DNA from: an uncultured Acidobacteriota bacterium
Lineage (GTDB): Bacteria > Acidobacteriota > Vicinamibacteria > Vicinamibacterales > 2-12-FULL-66-21
DNA: 64,000 nt
Direction of reading: 5' to 3'
Assembly: GCA_963836665.1 (NCBI GenBank)
Contig: CAWIKL010000004.1
Location: forward strand, 321,179 to 385,178
Part shown: in pieces, positions 32,981 through 43,239 of the stretch
How positions within the stretch are numbered: position 1 is the first letter of the stretch
Layout of the letters: each line of letters begins with the position of its first letter
Translations under genes and position numbers: made by a program
The notes under the pieces: model-generated
What the model was told of the DNA's origin: nothing
The model's input: only the letters and a program-made list of their open reading frames with translations
Database searches by the model: none

Positions 32981-35386
32981 AGGGCGCGGAGACAAAGATG
33001 ACTCTCATCAAGAAGCTCGCCGCGGGAGTGCTCGCGACGGCGCTGTGTGGAGGCCTGGTCCGCGCGGCGGCACCTCCCGACGCGATCCGCCTCGTCGGCG
33101 TGTCGTCGCACGCGAGCGGTCGGACCGCCGCGGTGCTAATCGAGGCGACCGAGCCGGTGGCCTACGCGGTCAGCCGGCCCGACCCGATGACCGTGCTGAT
33201 CGACCTGCGCAACGTGCGCGTCGCCGACGCCGCCGCGCAGGTGACGCGCAGTGGCCCGCTCGCCGGCGTCACGCTCGAGCAGGCGACGGCTGTCGATGGC
33301 AAGGACCTCGCCCGCGTGCGCGTGGCCCTCGCCTCGCCCGCCGCCTACACGGTGCGCAGCGCGCGCAACGTCATCCGCCTCGAGCTCGACCCCGACCCCG
33401 CCCACGCGGCGCCGGCCGAGGGGAGCGCCCTGGGCGTGCGCCGCGCCGGCCCCGCCGCCGACGGCAGCATCGCGACGGCGACCACCATCGACAAGATCCG
33501 TGCGTCGAACTCCCGCACCTCGACCACGGTGACGATCGCCGGCAACGGCCGCCTCGTCCCCTCGTCGCTCACCGAGTCGGACGATGCGCCGCGGCGGCTG
33601 GTGCTCGATTTCCCGAACGTCGCGCCAGGCAGCGTCGCGCACACCAGCGTCGACAGTGTCTTCGTCAAGCAGGTCAGGGTCGCTCTCAACAGCCACGACC
33701 CGCTCCTGACCCGCGTTGTCATGGATATTTCGCCGTCTGCGACTTACCACGTCGAGCGCACCGGCGCCGACGGCCGGGACCTCGCCGTCGTCTTCGAGGG
33801 TCCGAGGGCCGGCGGTGCCGTCCTCATCGCGCCGCCGGTAGGCTCAGCGAAGGACGAGAAGGACGACCGCGACGTGTTGACACTGGCGCAGGCGATGGCC
33901 AACGCCGAGCCGCTGATGCCCAAGGATCCGGTTCTGCCGTCGCCGCAGGCGCCGCCGACCCAAACGCTCCCGCCCGTCGCGCCGCAGCAGCCCAGACCGG
34001 CACCGCCGGCGGTGAATCCGCCGACCGTCACGCCACCGCAGCCACAGCCGCGGCCTGCTCAGGTGCCTGGCCAGCCGAGCCTGACGCAGGAGGTGCCGGG
34101 CACGGCGCCGAAGCAGTACCACGGGACAGCCGGTGAGCTTTGACTTCGAGGACTCCGACCTGCGAGTTGTGCTACGTCTCTTCTCGCAGATCAGCGGTCT
34201 CAACATGATCATCGACCCGGCCGTGCAAGGTCGCGTCAACGTCGTGCTCACCGACGTGCCGTGGGATCAGGCGCTCGAGCAGATTCTCCGCTCGAACAAA
34301 CTGGGCTACAGCGTTGACGGCAACATCATGCGCATTGCGCCGCTGGCGGTTCTCGCCGACGAACAGGCGCAGACGCAGAAATTCAATGAGGCCAAGGCGC
34401 TTGCCGGCGAGCTGCAGGTGCGCACGATCAACCTGAGCTATGCGCAGGCCAAGGATCTCGCTCCGGTCATCCTCAAGTCGGCGATGTCCGCCCGCGGCCA
34501 GATCCAGACCGACCCCCGCACCAACACTCTGATCCTGATGGACCTGCCCGACCGCCTGCAGACGGCGCAGGGGCTCATCGCCACGCTTGACAAGCCGCAG
34601 CCGCAGGTCGAGGTCGAAGCGCGTGTGGTCCAGACGACGCGCGATTTCGCGCGCGCGCTGGGCATCCAATGGGGGTTCAACGGCCGCGCCAACTCGCAGA
34701 TCGGCAACACCACTGGCCTGACGTTCCCCAATAACGGCGCGATCGGCGGCGCCACTGGCCAGACTTCGCAGGCGCCCACCGATCCGCGGACAGCCCCGCC
34801 GCAAACGGGGACGGTCATCAACCTGCCCACGGCGCAGGCCGCGACAGCCGGCATCGGCCTGGCGCTTGGCTCGATCAACGGGGCGTTCAATCTCGACGTC
34901 GCGCTGACCGCGCTCGAGAACACCGGCAAGGGACGCATCCTTTCGACGCCGCGCCTCACCACGCAAAACAATCAGCAGGCCGTCGTTCGGCAAGGCGTCC
35001 AGATCCCCGTGCAGACCACCGCCAACAACACGGTCACGACGACCTTCGTGAACGCGGACTTGAGCCTGCAGGTCACGCCGCAGATCACCGTGTCGAACAC
35101 CGTCATCATGCAGATCGCGCTGACCAATTCGTCGCCGGACTTCACCCACGTCACGTTCGGAACCCCTGCGATCAATTCCCAGAGTGCCACGACCACCGTG
35201 CAGGTGACCGACGGGTCGACGACCGTCATCGGTGGGATCTTCGTCAGTGAGGAACAGGCCAACAACGACCGCACGCCGTACCTCTATCGCGTGCCGATCT
35301 TGAAGTGGCTCTTCCAGCGCAACTCGCTCACCGACTCGAGCCGCGAGCTGCTGATCTTCATCACGCCGCGAATTCTTAGAGGGTAG
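32977..35386 (+). pseudogene. pilQ: Type IV pilus secretin PilQ, reading frame broken at about 34116-34120
   Basis: The N-terminal ORF (32977-34143) has a signal peptide and two AMIN-like domains and ends ..APKQYHGTAGEL*. The +1 frame carries TGQPVSFDFEDSDLRVVLRLFSQISGLNMIIDPAVQGRVNVVLTDVPWDQALEQIL and a full secretin core (RILSTPRLTTQNNQQAVVRQG, LLIFITPRIL). Confidence 0.85.
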
Positions 35387-35459
35387 TGGAATGGTGAATC
35401 TCGAATACCAGATGACGACTCAGGTCCGCCGCAAGGCCGTGTGGGGCGGGCACGCCAAG

Positions 35460-36032
35460 ATGACTGCGCTGGCGCTCGGCGCGCTCCTGCTGACCCTGTT
35501 GGCGGCGTGCAGCGACTCCGTGCGCACCGGCAGCGGCTCGTCGTACCTGCAGCTGAACAGCCTGACCGCTGCCAAGGGCGGTGGCACCAACTCGGGGTCG
35601 TTCGCGAGCAGCCTGCCGTCCGACGTCCTCACCGTCGTGTCCGGTAACCCCACGGTGTTCGCCGACAACGGCCAGGCGACGATGCAGCTGCAGATGAAGG
35701 ACACGCTCGACACGCCGTCGTCGGCCAACGCCATCACGTTGACGCAATACCACGTCAAGTACATCCGCTCCGACGGGCACAACGTGCAGGGCGTCGACGT
35801 CCCCTACGAATTTGACGGCGGCCTGGGCGTCACGATCGCCGCCAGCGGCACGGTCAGCTTCACCCTCGTTCGCGTGCAGGCGAAACAGGAAGCGCCGCTG
35901 GCCGCGCTCGTCAACAACAGCCAGGTGCTCTCGACCGTCGCCGAGGTCACCTTTTACGGGCACGACCAGAACGGCAATGCGGTCACCGTCGTCGGCCGCA
36001 TCGACGTCGACTTCGCCAACTGGGGCGACTAG
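35460..36032 (+). CDS. Lipoprotein of unknown function (beta-rich)
   Basis: ATG 35460 gives MTALALGALLLTLLAAC with a canonical lipobox (LAAC). The mature part is Ser/Thr/Gly/Val-rich. The upstream 23 codons of the track ORF are probably not translated. Confidence 0.6.
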   Translation: MTALALGALLLTLLAACSDSVRTGSGSSYLQLNSLTAAKGGGTNSGSFASSLPSDVLTVVSGNPTVFADNGQATMQLQMKDTLDTPSSANAITLTQYHVKYIRSDGHNVQGVDVPYEFDGGLGVTIAASGTVSFTLVRVQAKQEAPLAALVNNSQVLSTVAEVTFYGHDQNGNAVTVVGRIDVDFANWGD

Positions 36033-36047
36033 GCGCTGAGAACGGAT

Positions 36048-37334
36048 ATGAACATGGCACGATCACTTCGCATTCTGCCGCTCGCGCTCGCGCTCGCCGC
36101 GTCTGCCTGTACGCTGCACGATCAGCAGCAGGCTCCGACGCTGAGCGGGCCGTCGAGCAACGGCACGTCGATCACCGTCACCGTGACGCCCAACGTCCTG
36201 ACCCAGGACGGGCAGTCGCAGGCAGTGGCAACGATCAACGCGTACGGACCCAACGGCCAGCCGCTGCCCAGCGTGTCGCTGCGCGCTGAAATCCAGGTGG
36301 GAGGCGCCAGTACCGACTTCGGTACGCTGTCGGCACGCCAGCTCGTGACCGACGGCGCCGGCCGTGCCACGCTCACCTACACCGCGCCGGCCGCCCCGGT
36401 CATCAACACAGACAACAACACGGTCGTGGCGATCAGCGTTGCGGCGTTGAGCAACGACTTCGCGAACAACAACCCGGTGCAGGCGACGATCCGCCTCGTG
36501 CCGCCGGGCATCGTCGGACCGCCGGTGAGCCCGCTGCGTCCTGACTTCGCCGTGCCGACGGCGTCGGTCGGCAACCCCGCGGTGTTCCAGGCAACCGTGG
36601 TCGACGCCAGTGGCGCTGACGCCACCGCGCAGGTGAGCTCGTTTCAGTGGGCGTTCGGTGACGGTGGCTCCGCCAGCGGCCGCAGCGTCACCCACAGCTA
36701 CTCGCAGCCTGGCTCCTATTCCGTCTCGCTTACGATCTCGGACCAGCTGGGCCGCACGCAGTTCCAGACCCACGCCCTCACCGTCGGACAGGGCGCGCTG
36801 CCCGTGGCGAGTTTCGTCGCGTCGCCTGGATCGCCGATCATCGATCAAGTGATCAACTTCAACGGCTCGGGCTCGACCGCCGAACCGGGCCACACCGTTA
36901 CGGCGTGGTCGTGGAACTTCGGCGACGGCAACCTCGGCGACGGGCCGCTCGTGACGCACTCCTACTCGCAGGTGGGCACTTACACCGTCACTCTGAAGGT
37001 GACCGACGATGCCGGCCGGAAGTCGACGCTGATATCGCAGACGATCACGGTCGGTAACGGCAATCCGACGGCCGACTTCACGTTCAACCCATCGGCACCA
37101 AAGGCCGGCCAACAGGTGACCTTTGACGCGTCGCCGACGCAGGCGGCGCCTGGGCGGACCATCGTGTCCTACTCCTGGTCGTTCGGCGACGGCGGATCAG
37201 GCACCGCACAGGTCGTCAACCATTCGTTCACCGTCACGGGCGGCGTCCCAACGACCTACAACGTCCTGCTGACGGTCACCGACAGCACCGGCAAGACTGG
37301 CAGCATTACCAAGGCGATCACGATCAATCCGTGA
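36048..37334 (+). CDS. Lipoprotein with Ig-like N-terminal region and three PKD domains
   Basis: Lipobox-like LALALAASAC. Three PKD repeats (FQWAFGDGGSASGRSVTHSYSQPGSYSVSLTISD; WSWNFGDGNLGDGPLVTHSYSQVGTYTVTLKVTD; YSWSFGDGGSGTAQVVNHSF...YNVLLTVTD). Confidence 0.75.
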   Translation: MNMARSLRILPLALALAASACTLHDQQQAPTLSGPSSNGTSITVTVTPNVLTQDGQSQAVATINAYGPNGQPLPSVSLRAEIQVGGASTDFGTLSARQLVTDGAGRATLTYTAPAAPVINTDNNTVVAISVAALSNDFANNNPVQATIRLVPPGIVGPPVSPLRPDFAVPTASVGNPAVFQATVVDASGADATAQVSSFQWAFGDGGSASGRSVTHSYSQPGSYSVSLTISDQLGRTQFQTHALTVGQGALPVASFVASPGSPIIDQVINFNGSGSTAEPGHTVTAWSWNFGDGNLGDGPLVTHSYSQVGTYTVTLKVTDDAGRKSTLISQTITVGNGNPTADFTFNPSAPKAGQQVTFDASPTQAAPGRTIVSYSWSFGDGGSGTAQVVNHSFTVTGGVPTTYNVLLTVTDSTGKTGSITKAITINP

Positions 37335-37358
37335 CGACGTGGTGGTAAAGTCGTACCG

Positions 37359-38042
37359 GTGCCGGAAAACCCCCGGATAGAGGAATTGCGACGCCGGGTC
37401 CACGCGGACCCGGCGTCGATTGCCTTCGCGGCTCTGGCGGAAGAGTTCCGGCGGGTCGGCCGGCACGAAGACGCCATCGCGACCTGCCGCACCGGCCTGC
37501 AGCGGCATCCGGCCTACCTCTCGGCGCGGGTGACGCTCGGCCGCGCGCTCATCGAAGTCGGCGACTACGAACCGGCCCGCGAGGAGCTCGAGACGGTGCT
37601 CCGCTCGGCGCCGGAAAACCTCGCCGCGCTTCGCGGCCTCGCTTTGATCAACGAACGGCTCGGCCACTCGGTCGAGATGCATCCCGACCTGCACGCGCTG
37701 GCGCAGGAGCCGATTCGGTTGGCTGCCGAGAACCGCGCCCGCGAGTCAGAACTGCCGCCGCCGGCGGCACCGGAGCCGGCGCTCCAACTCGCACCGGCGC
37801 CAGAGGCGCCGGCGTTGGAGCCGGGGCGGGCGCAGGCCGTGTCAAGCCTCGGCACCTTCAATCTCTCCCTGTCCACACCTCTGGAACCCGCGTCGATCGA
37901 CGACGAGCCGAAGACAGGGGCGCCGTTCGATATTTTCGGCGCTGCGTTGAATCGCACCGCGGCGCCACATGCCCACGTCGCGGTGATGCTGACGCGCCTG
38001 GAGCGGTTCCTCGGCGCAATCGAGACCGCCCGCTCCGCGTGA
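37359..38042 (+). CDS. TPR-repeat protein with Pro/Ala-rich C-terminal half, no signal peptide
   Basis: GTG start. AFAALAEEFRRVGRHEDAIATCRTGLQRHPAYLSARVTLGRALIEVGDYEPAREELETVLRSAPEN are TPR-like helices. The stop overlaps the next gene by 4 nt. Confidence 0.7.
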   Translation: MPENPRIEELRRRVHADPASIAFAALAEEFRRVGRHEDAIATCRTGLQRHPAYLSARVTLGRALIEVGDYEPAREELETVLRSAPENLAALRGLALINERLGHSVEMHPDLHALAQEPIRLAAENRARESELPPPAAPEPALQLAPAPEAPALEPGRAQAVSSLGTFNLSLSTPLEPASIDDEPKTGAPFDIFGAALNRTAAPHAHVAVMLTRLERFLGAIETARSA

Positions 38043-39163
38043 CGGTCCAACCCCACCACGTGGCCGCGCGCCTGGCGCGCGTCCGCTCGGGCCTCGCCCA
38101 GAGCGGCCTCGACGCCCTTGTCGTGACGCACCTGCCCAACCTGCTCTATCTGACAGGCTTCGTCGGCAGTGCGGGCGCGGCGCTGGTTCTGCGCCATCAG
38201 TGCCTGCTCATCGTGGATTTCCGCTATGTGACGGCCGCCTCCTCGCTGGCGGCCTCCCTGGGCGGGCATGTCCGCGTCGAGACGTTCGACCGCTCGTACG
38301 ACGAGGCGATCGTCGAGATCGTGGGACGGGAAGGGGCGATGCGGATTGGAATCGAGGCGGCCTATCTGCCCGTGAGCCGCTTCAACACGATTTCCGCCGG
38401 ACTGGCCGCGGCGGCGCCGCTTCCGCTGCGCTCGGACGCAGGCACGCCCGTACTGGTGCCGACCGAGCGCCTGGTGGAGCGGGCCAGGATCATCAAGGAT
38501 GAGGAGGAAATCGCCGCCCTGCGTGAAGCCGGCCGCCGTTTGGCCGGCGTCGCGAAAGGAGTCGCGGCGCTCGTCCGCGTCGGGCGGACGGAGTGCGAGA
38601 TCGCCCGCGACATCGACCAGGCGCTTGAGTCGGCCGGTTTCTCCCGGCCGGCGTTCGAGACGATCGTGGCGTCGGGCCCAAACAGCGCCCTGCCGCACGC
38701 CCGCCCGACCGACCGCCCGGTCCAGACTGGGGACGCTACGGTGCTGGACTTTGGGGGGGTCTACGACGGATACTGCGTGGATCTTACGCGTACGGTTCAG
38801 CTTGGCGCCGCCTCGGCGGCGCTGGCGGGGTTGTACACGGCAGTCGCGGAAGCTCAGCGGGCAGCGCTCGCGGCGATCCGCCCGGGAATTTCGGCTAGTG
38901 CGATTGACAGCGCCGCCCGCTCGGTCTTGGAACGCCACGGCCTGGGAGACGCGTTCGGCCACGGGACTGGGCACGGGCTCGGCCTGGAGGTGCACGAAGA
39001 GCCACGTATCGGCAAGGTGTCGCCACGGTTACCCGACGTGGTAGTGGAACCGGGGATGGTCTTCACGATCGAGCCCGGAGCCTACGTCCCGGGCGTCGGC
39101 GGCGTGCGGATCGAGGACGACGTCTTGGTCACGGAAACGGGTTGCGAGGTGCTCACGCGGTAA
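38039..39163 (+). CDS. M24-family Xaa-Pro aminopeptidase/dipeptidase
   Basis: Creatinase-like N-domain plus pita-bread fold metal ligands (VLDFGGVYDGYCVDLTRT, GHGTGHGLGLEVHE, VFTIEPGAY, VRIEDDVLVT). Confidence 0.85.
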   Translation: MTVQPHHVAARLARVRSGLAQSGLDALVVTHLPNLLYLTGFVGSAGAALVLRHQCLLIVDFRYVTAASSLAASLGGHVRVETFDRSYDEAIVEIVGREGAMRIGIEAAYLPVSRFNTISAGLAAAAPLPLRSDAGTPVLVPTERLVERARIIKDEEEIAALREAGRRLAGVAKGVAALVRVGRTECEIARDIDQALESAGFSRPAFETIVASGPNSALPHARPTDRPVQTGDATVLDFGGVYDGYCVDLTRTVQLGAASAALAGLYTAVAEAQRAALAAIRPGISASAIDSAARSVLERHGLGDAFGHGTGHGLGLEVHEEPRIGKVSPRLPDVVVEPGMVFTIEPGAYVPGVGGVRIEDDVLVTETGCEVLTR

Positions 39164-39648
39164 TGGATTTCGCCGAGATTGAAAAGATACTGGCGCTGGT
39201 GAAGGAGCACGAGCTTGCCGAATTCGAGCTCGAGCGCGACGGACTGAAGCTGCGCGTCCGCAAGGCTGGCGCGGTGCCGACCTATCACGCCGCACCGGCG
39301 CCGACGATGAGCCCCGTGCCGATGGTAGCCTCGCCGCAAGCGGTGCCCGCGGTCGGGCCCGGGCCGGCCCCAGGACCCGTCGCCGCCGGCGACGACGCGT
39401 CGGTGGATCTCGCGGTCGTCAAGTCGCCGATCGTCGGCACCTTCTACCGTTCGCCGGAGCCGGGGGCGGCCGCGTTTGTCGAGATCGGGCAGCGCGTCAA
39501 GAAGGACCAGGTGCTCTGCATCATCGAAGCGATGAAGTTGATGAACGAGATCACCTCGGAGTACGACGGCGAAATCGTCAGCGCCTACGTCGAGAACGGC
39601 AAGCCGGTTCAATACGGCGAACGCTTGTTCGCCATCAAGACGGCCTGA
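39163..39648 (+). CDS. accB: Acetyl-CoA carboxylase biotin carboxyl carrier protein
   Basis: ATG 39163 shares one base with the upstream TAA. Pro/Ala linker, then the biotinyl domain with CIIEAMKLMNEI (the MKM-type motif reads AMKL). Confidence 0.9.
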   Translation: MDFAEIEKILALVKEHELAEFELERDGLKLRVRKAGAVPTYHAAPAPTMSPVPMVASPQAVPAVGPGPAPGPVAAGDDASVDLAVVKSPIVGTFYRSPEPGAAAFVEIGQRVKKDQVLCIIEAMKLMNEITSEYDGEIVSAYVENGKPVQYGERLFAIKTA

Positions 39649-39651
39649 GCC

Positions 39652-41028
39652 ATGTTCAAGAAAATCCTCATCGCCAACCGCGGAGAGATCGCGCTCCGCA
39701 TCATCTGTGCCTGCCGCGAGCTCGGCATCCGCACCGTGGCCGTCTACTCCGAGGCCGACGAGAACTCGCTGCACGTCCGCTTCGCGGACGAGGACGTCTG
39801 CATCGGCCCGCCGCGCAGCGCCGAGAGCTATCTCAGTGTGCCAGCGATCATCAGCGCGGCCGAGATCACCGGCGCCGACGCGATCCATCCGGGCTACGGG
39901 TTCCTCTCCGAGAGCGCATACCTCGCCGAAGTCTGCGAGGCCTGCCACATCAAGTTCATCGGGCCCTCCCCCAACGTGATCCGCCTGCTCGGTGACAAGG
40001 CCCGGGCACGCCGGGCAATGAAGAAGGCCGGCGTGCCGATCCTGCCGGGCAGCGACGGCCCGGTCGAGAGCGAGGAAAAGGCCCTCAAGGTGGCCAAGGA
40101 CCTCGGCCTGCCGGTGATCATCAAGGCGGTGGCCGGCGGCGGCGGGCGCGGCATGCGCGTCATCCGCGATCTCAAGGAGCTGCCCAAGGCGCTCAAGACC
40201 GCGCAGCGCGAGGCGGAAGCGGCCTTCGGCGTCGGCGACGTCTACATCGAGAAGTACGTCGAGAACCCGCGCCACATCGAGTTCCAGGTCCTCGGCGATC
40301 ACCACGGCGCCGTCGTCCATCTCGGCGAACGTGAGTGCTCGATCCAGCGGCGCCACCAGAAGCTGCTCGAGGAAGGGCCGTCAATCGCGGTCTCCGACAA
40401 GATGCGCCGCAAGCTCGGCGGCACCGTTGTCGATGCCGCGCGCGCCGTGCAGTACACCAACGCCGGCACCTTCGAGTTCCTGCTCGACGACAAGCAGAAC
40501 TTCTTTTTCCTCGAAGTCAACACCCGCGTCCAGGTCGAGCACCCGGTCACCGAGTTCATCACCGGCGTCGACATCGTCAAGGAGCAGATCCGGATCGCCG
40601 CCGGCGAGCGGCTGTCGTTCAAGCAGGGAGACGTGACGTTTACCGGCCATGCCATCGAGTGCCGCGTCAACGCCGAAGATCCCGAGACCTTCGCCCCGTC
40701 GCCGGGCGTGATCCACGCCTTCAGCGTGCCCGGCGGGCCTGGCGTGCGCGTCGACACCTTCGTGCATTCCGAGTGCACCGTGCCGCCGTACTACGACTCG
40801 ATGATTGCCAAGATCATCTGCCACGGCCGCGACCGTCAGGAAGCGATCGCGCGCATGCGCCGCACGCTCGAGATGACCGTCATCGAGGGCATCAAGACCT
40901 CAATCCCGCTGCACCTGAAGATCCTCGCCGAGCCCGACTTCGTCGCCGGCCGCCTCTCGACCGGGTTCATGGATCGCTACCTGATCGAGAAGAAATCGTC
41001 CAGCACGCCGCTGGCCGAGACGGCGTGA
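39652..41028 (+). CDS. accC: Acetyl-CoA carboxylase biotin carboxylase subunit
   Basis: [44 protein letters not shown] and [14 protein letters not shown] match AccC. Confidence 0.95.
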   Translation: MFKKILIANRGEIALRIICACRELGIRTVAVYSEADENSLHVRFADEDVCIGPPRSAESYLSVPAIISAAEITGADAIHPGYGFLSESAYLAEVCEACHIKFIGPSPNVIRLLGDKARARRAMKKAGVPILPGSDGPVESEEKALKVAKDLGLPVIIKAVAGGGGRGMRVIRDLKELPKALKTAQREAEAAFGVGDVYIEKYVENPRHIEFQVLGDHHGAVVHLGERECSIQRRHQKLLEEGPSIAVSDKMRRKLGGTVVDAARAVQYTNAGTFEFLLDDKQNFFFLEVNTRVQVEHPVTEFITGVDIVKEQIRIAAGERLSFKQGDVTFTGHAIECRVNAEDPETFAPSPGVIHAFSVPGGPGVRVDTFVHSECTVPPYYDSMIAKIICHGRDRQEAIARMRRTLEMTVIEGIKTSIPLHLKILAEPDFVAGRLSTGFMDRYLIEKKSSSTPLAETA

Positions 41029-41699
41029 CCACGGCAGGCGCGAGGCCTGCAGGTCGCCGCGACATCCTGCTTCCCCCGCTCTATCCCATACTCGACGTCG
41101 AGTTGTGCCATGCCCGCGGGCTCGATCCGCTCGCCGTGCTGGCGGGGTTGCTCGATGGCGGCGCCCGCTTCCTGCAACTGCGCGACAAGTCCGCCTCGAG
41201 CGGCGGTCGGCTGACCCTCGCCGACGCTGCCGTGGCGCTCGCGCGTCCTGCCGGTGCGCGGCTCGTGATTAACGATCGCGCTGACATCGCCAGGCTGTGC
41301 GGCGCCGACGGCGTCCATGTCGGGCAGGACGATCTGCCGGTGCAGGAGGCGCGGCGCCTGGTCGGGCGCGACGCGATCGTCGGCGTCTCGACTCACGACG
41401 AGGCGCAACTGCGGGCGGCGGCCGCGACCGGCGCTGACTACATTGCCGTCGGCCCGATCTACGGCACCGCGACCAAGGACACCGGCTACGCGGCACGCGG
41501 CCTCGACCTGGTGCGGCTGGCCGCCTCGATCACGGCGATGCCGATTGTCGCCATCGGCGGCATCACGCTGGCGCGCGCGCCCGCGGTGATCGCGGCAGGG
41601 GCTGCCTCGGTCGCCGTCATCTCCGACCTCGTGACCGGCAGCGATCCTGCCGCGCGGGTGCGCGACTACCTCAATTGCCTGTCCGATCGTCGCGTATAA
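41025..41699 (+). CDS. thiE: Thiamine-phosphate synthase
   Basis: GTG 41025 overlaps the accC stop (GTGA). [29 protein letters not shown] and [11 protein letters not shown] match ThiE. Confidence 0.8.
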   Translation: MTTAGARPAGRRDILLPPLYPILDVELCHARGLDPLAVLAGLLDGGARFLQLRDKSASSGGRLTLADAAVALARPAGARLVINDRADIARLCGADGVHVGQDDLPVQEARRLVGRDAIVGVSTHDEAQLRAAAATGADYIAVGPIYGTATKDTGYAARGLDLVRLAASITAMPIVAIGGITLARAPAVIAAGAASVAVISDLVTGSDPAARVRDYLNCLSDRRV

Positions 41700-41754
41700 T
41701 CGCTTCGGTTTCCGCCAGACCTGCGAGTTTTCAAACCTTCAGCAAGGGGGAGTA

Positions 41755-43230
41755 GTGGCTGGTTCACTGTTCAGGACCAAATCCATCGACCGCCTGATGA
41801 GCGATGCCGCCGCCACCGGCGAAGGCACGCTCAAGCGGACGCTGGGCCCGCTGTCGCTCGTCGCGCTCGGCATCGGGGCGATCATCGGCGCCGGCCTCTT
41901 CGTCCGCACCGCGGCCGCGATCGCGGACCGCGCCGGCCCCTCGGTCGTCCTGGCGTTTGTCGTCGCCGGCATCGGCTGCGCCTTCGCCGGCCTCTGCTAC
42001 GCCGAGTTCGCGTCGATGATTCCGGTCGCCGGCAGCGCCTACACCTACTCCTACGCGACCATGGGCGAGTTGGTGGCGTGGATCATCGGCTGGGACCTGG
42101 TCCTCGAATACGCAGTGGGTGCCGCTACCGTCGCCATCGCGTGGAGCGAATATGCCAACCGCGTCATCGCCTGGTTCGGCCCGCGCATTCCCTATGAGTG
42201 GACGCATTCGCCGTTCGAGATGGCGTCCGACACCGGCGTCCACGGGATCATGAACTTGCCCGCCGTGTTCATTCTTGCCGCCCTGACGGCGCTGCTCATC
42301 CGCGGCACCCAGGAGTCGGCGTTCGTCAACGGAATCATCGTCGTCGTCAAGATGTCGATTGTCCTGCTCGTCATCGGCATCGGCTGGGGCTTCATCAACC
42401 CGGCCAACCATACCCCGTTCATTCCGGCGGCGGCCATCTACACGACGCCAGAAGGCGTGTCGCACGCCTACGGCGGCATCATGGGCATTCTCGGCGCCGC
42501 CGGCGTCGTCTTTTTTGCCTACATCGGCTTCGACGCGGTGTCGACGGCGGCGCAGGAAGCCAAGAACCCGGGGCGCGACATGCCAATCGGGATCCTCGGC
42601 TCGCTCGTCGTCTGCACGATCCTCTACGTCCTCTTCTCCTACGTGCTCAGTGGTGTGGCGACGGTCGAGGACTTCCGCTCGACCGGACGCGAGGCCTCGG
42701 TGGCATTTGCCATCTCGAAGTACATGGTCGGCTACGAATGGCTGTCGAAGTCGGTGACGGTGGCGATCCTGTTCGGCTTCTCGTCGGTGATCCTGGTGAT
42801 GCTGCTCGGGCAGTCGCGCGTGTTCTACTCGATGAGCCACGACGGGCTGGTGCCGCCGATTTTCGCCGCGGTGCACCCCAAGTACCGGACGCCCTACAAG
42901 TCGAACCTGGTGTTCTTCGTCTTCACTGCGCTCTTCGCCGCGTTCATCCCCGGCGACATCGTCGGCGAGATGACGAGCATCGGCACACTGTTCGCGTTTA
43001 TTCTCGTTTGCATCGGCGTCTGGATGATGCGGAGACGCCGCCCGGACATCCCCCGCGGCTTCACGGTGCCGGCGCTGCCGGTCGTCGCGACGCTCGGGGT
43101 GATCGTCTGCGGTGCGATGATCTACGGGCTGGGCTGGACCAACTGGCTGCGGCTGGGCGTGTGGTTGGTGATCGGCTTGGTCTTCTATTTCGGGTACGGC
43201 CGGAGCCACAGCCGCCTGCAGGGCGACTGA
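41755..43230 (+). CDS. APC-superfamily amino acid permease (cationic amino acid transporter-like)
   Basis: About 12-14 predicted TM helices. N-terminal LKRTLGPLSLVALGIGAIIGAGLF and CYAEFASMIPVAGSAYTYSYATMGE are typical APC motifs. Confidence 0.85.
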   Translation: MAGSLFRTKSIDRLMSDAAATGEGTLKRTLGPLSLVALGIGAIIGAGLFVRTAAAIADRAGPSVVLAFVVAGIGCAFAGLCYAEFASMIPVAGSAYTYSYATMGELVAWIIGWDLVLEYAVGAATVAIAWSEYANRVIAWFGPRIPYEWTHSPFEMASDTGVHGIMNLPAVFILAALTALLIRGTQESAFVNGIIVVVKMSIVLLVIGIGWGFINPANHTPFIPAAAIYTTPEGVSHAYGGIMGILGAAGVVFFAYIGFDAVSTAAQEAKNPGRDMPIGILGSLVVCTILYVLFSYVLSGVATVEDFRSTGREASVAFAISKYMVGYEWLSKSVTVAILFGFSSVILVMLLGQSRVFYSMSHDGLVPPIFAAVHPKYRTPYKSNLVFFVFTALFAAFIPGDIVGEMTSIGTLFAFILVCIGVWMMRRRRPDIPRGFTVPALPVVATLGVIVCGAMIYGLGWTNWLRLGVWLVIGLVFYFGYGRSHSRLQGD

Positions 43231-43239
43231 GGCGCGCGG

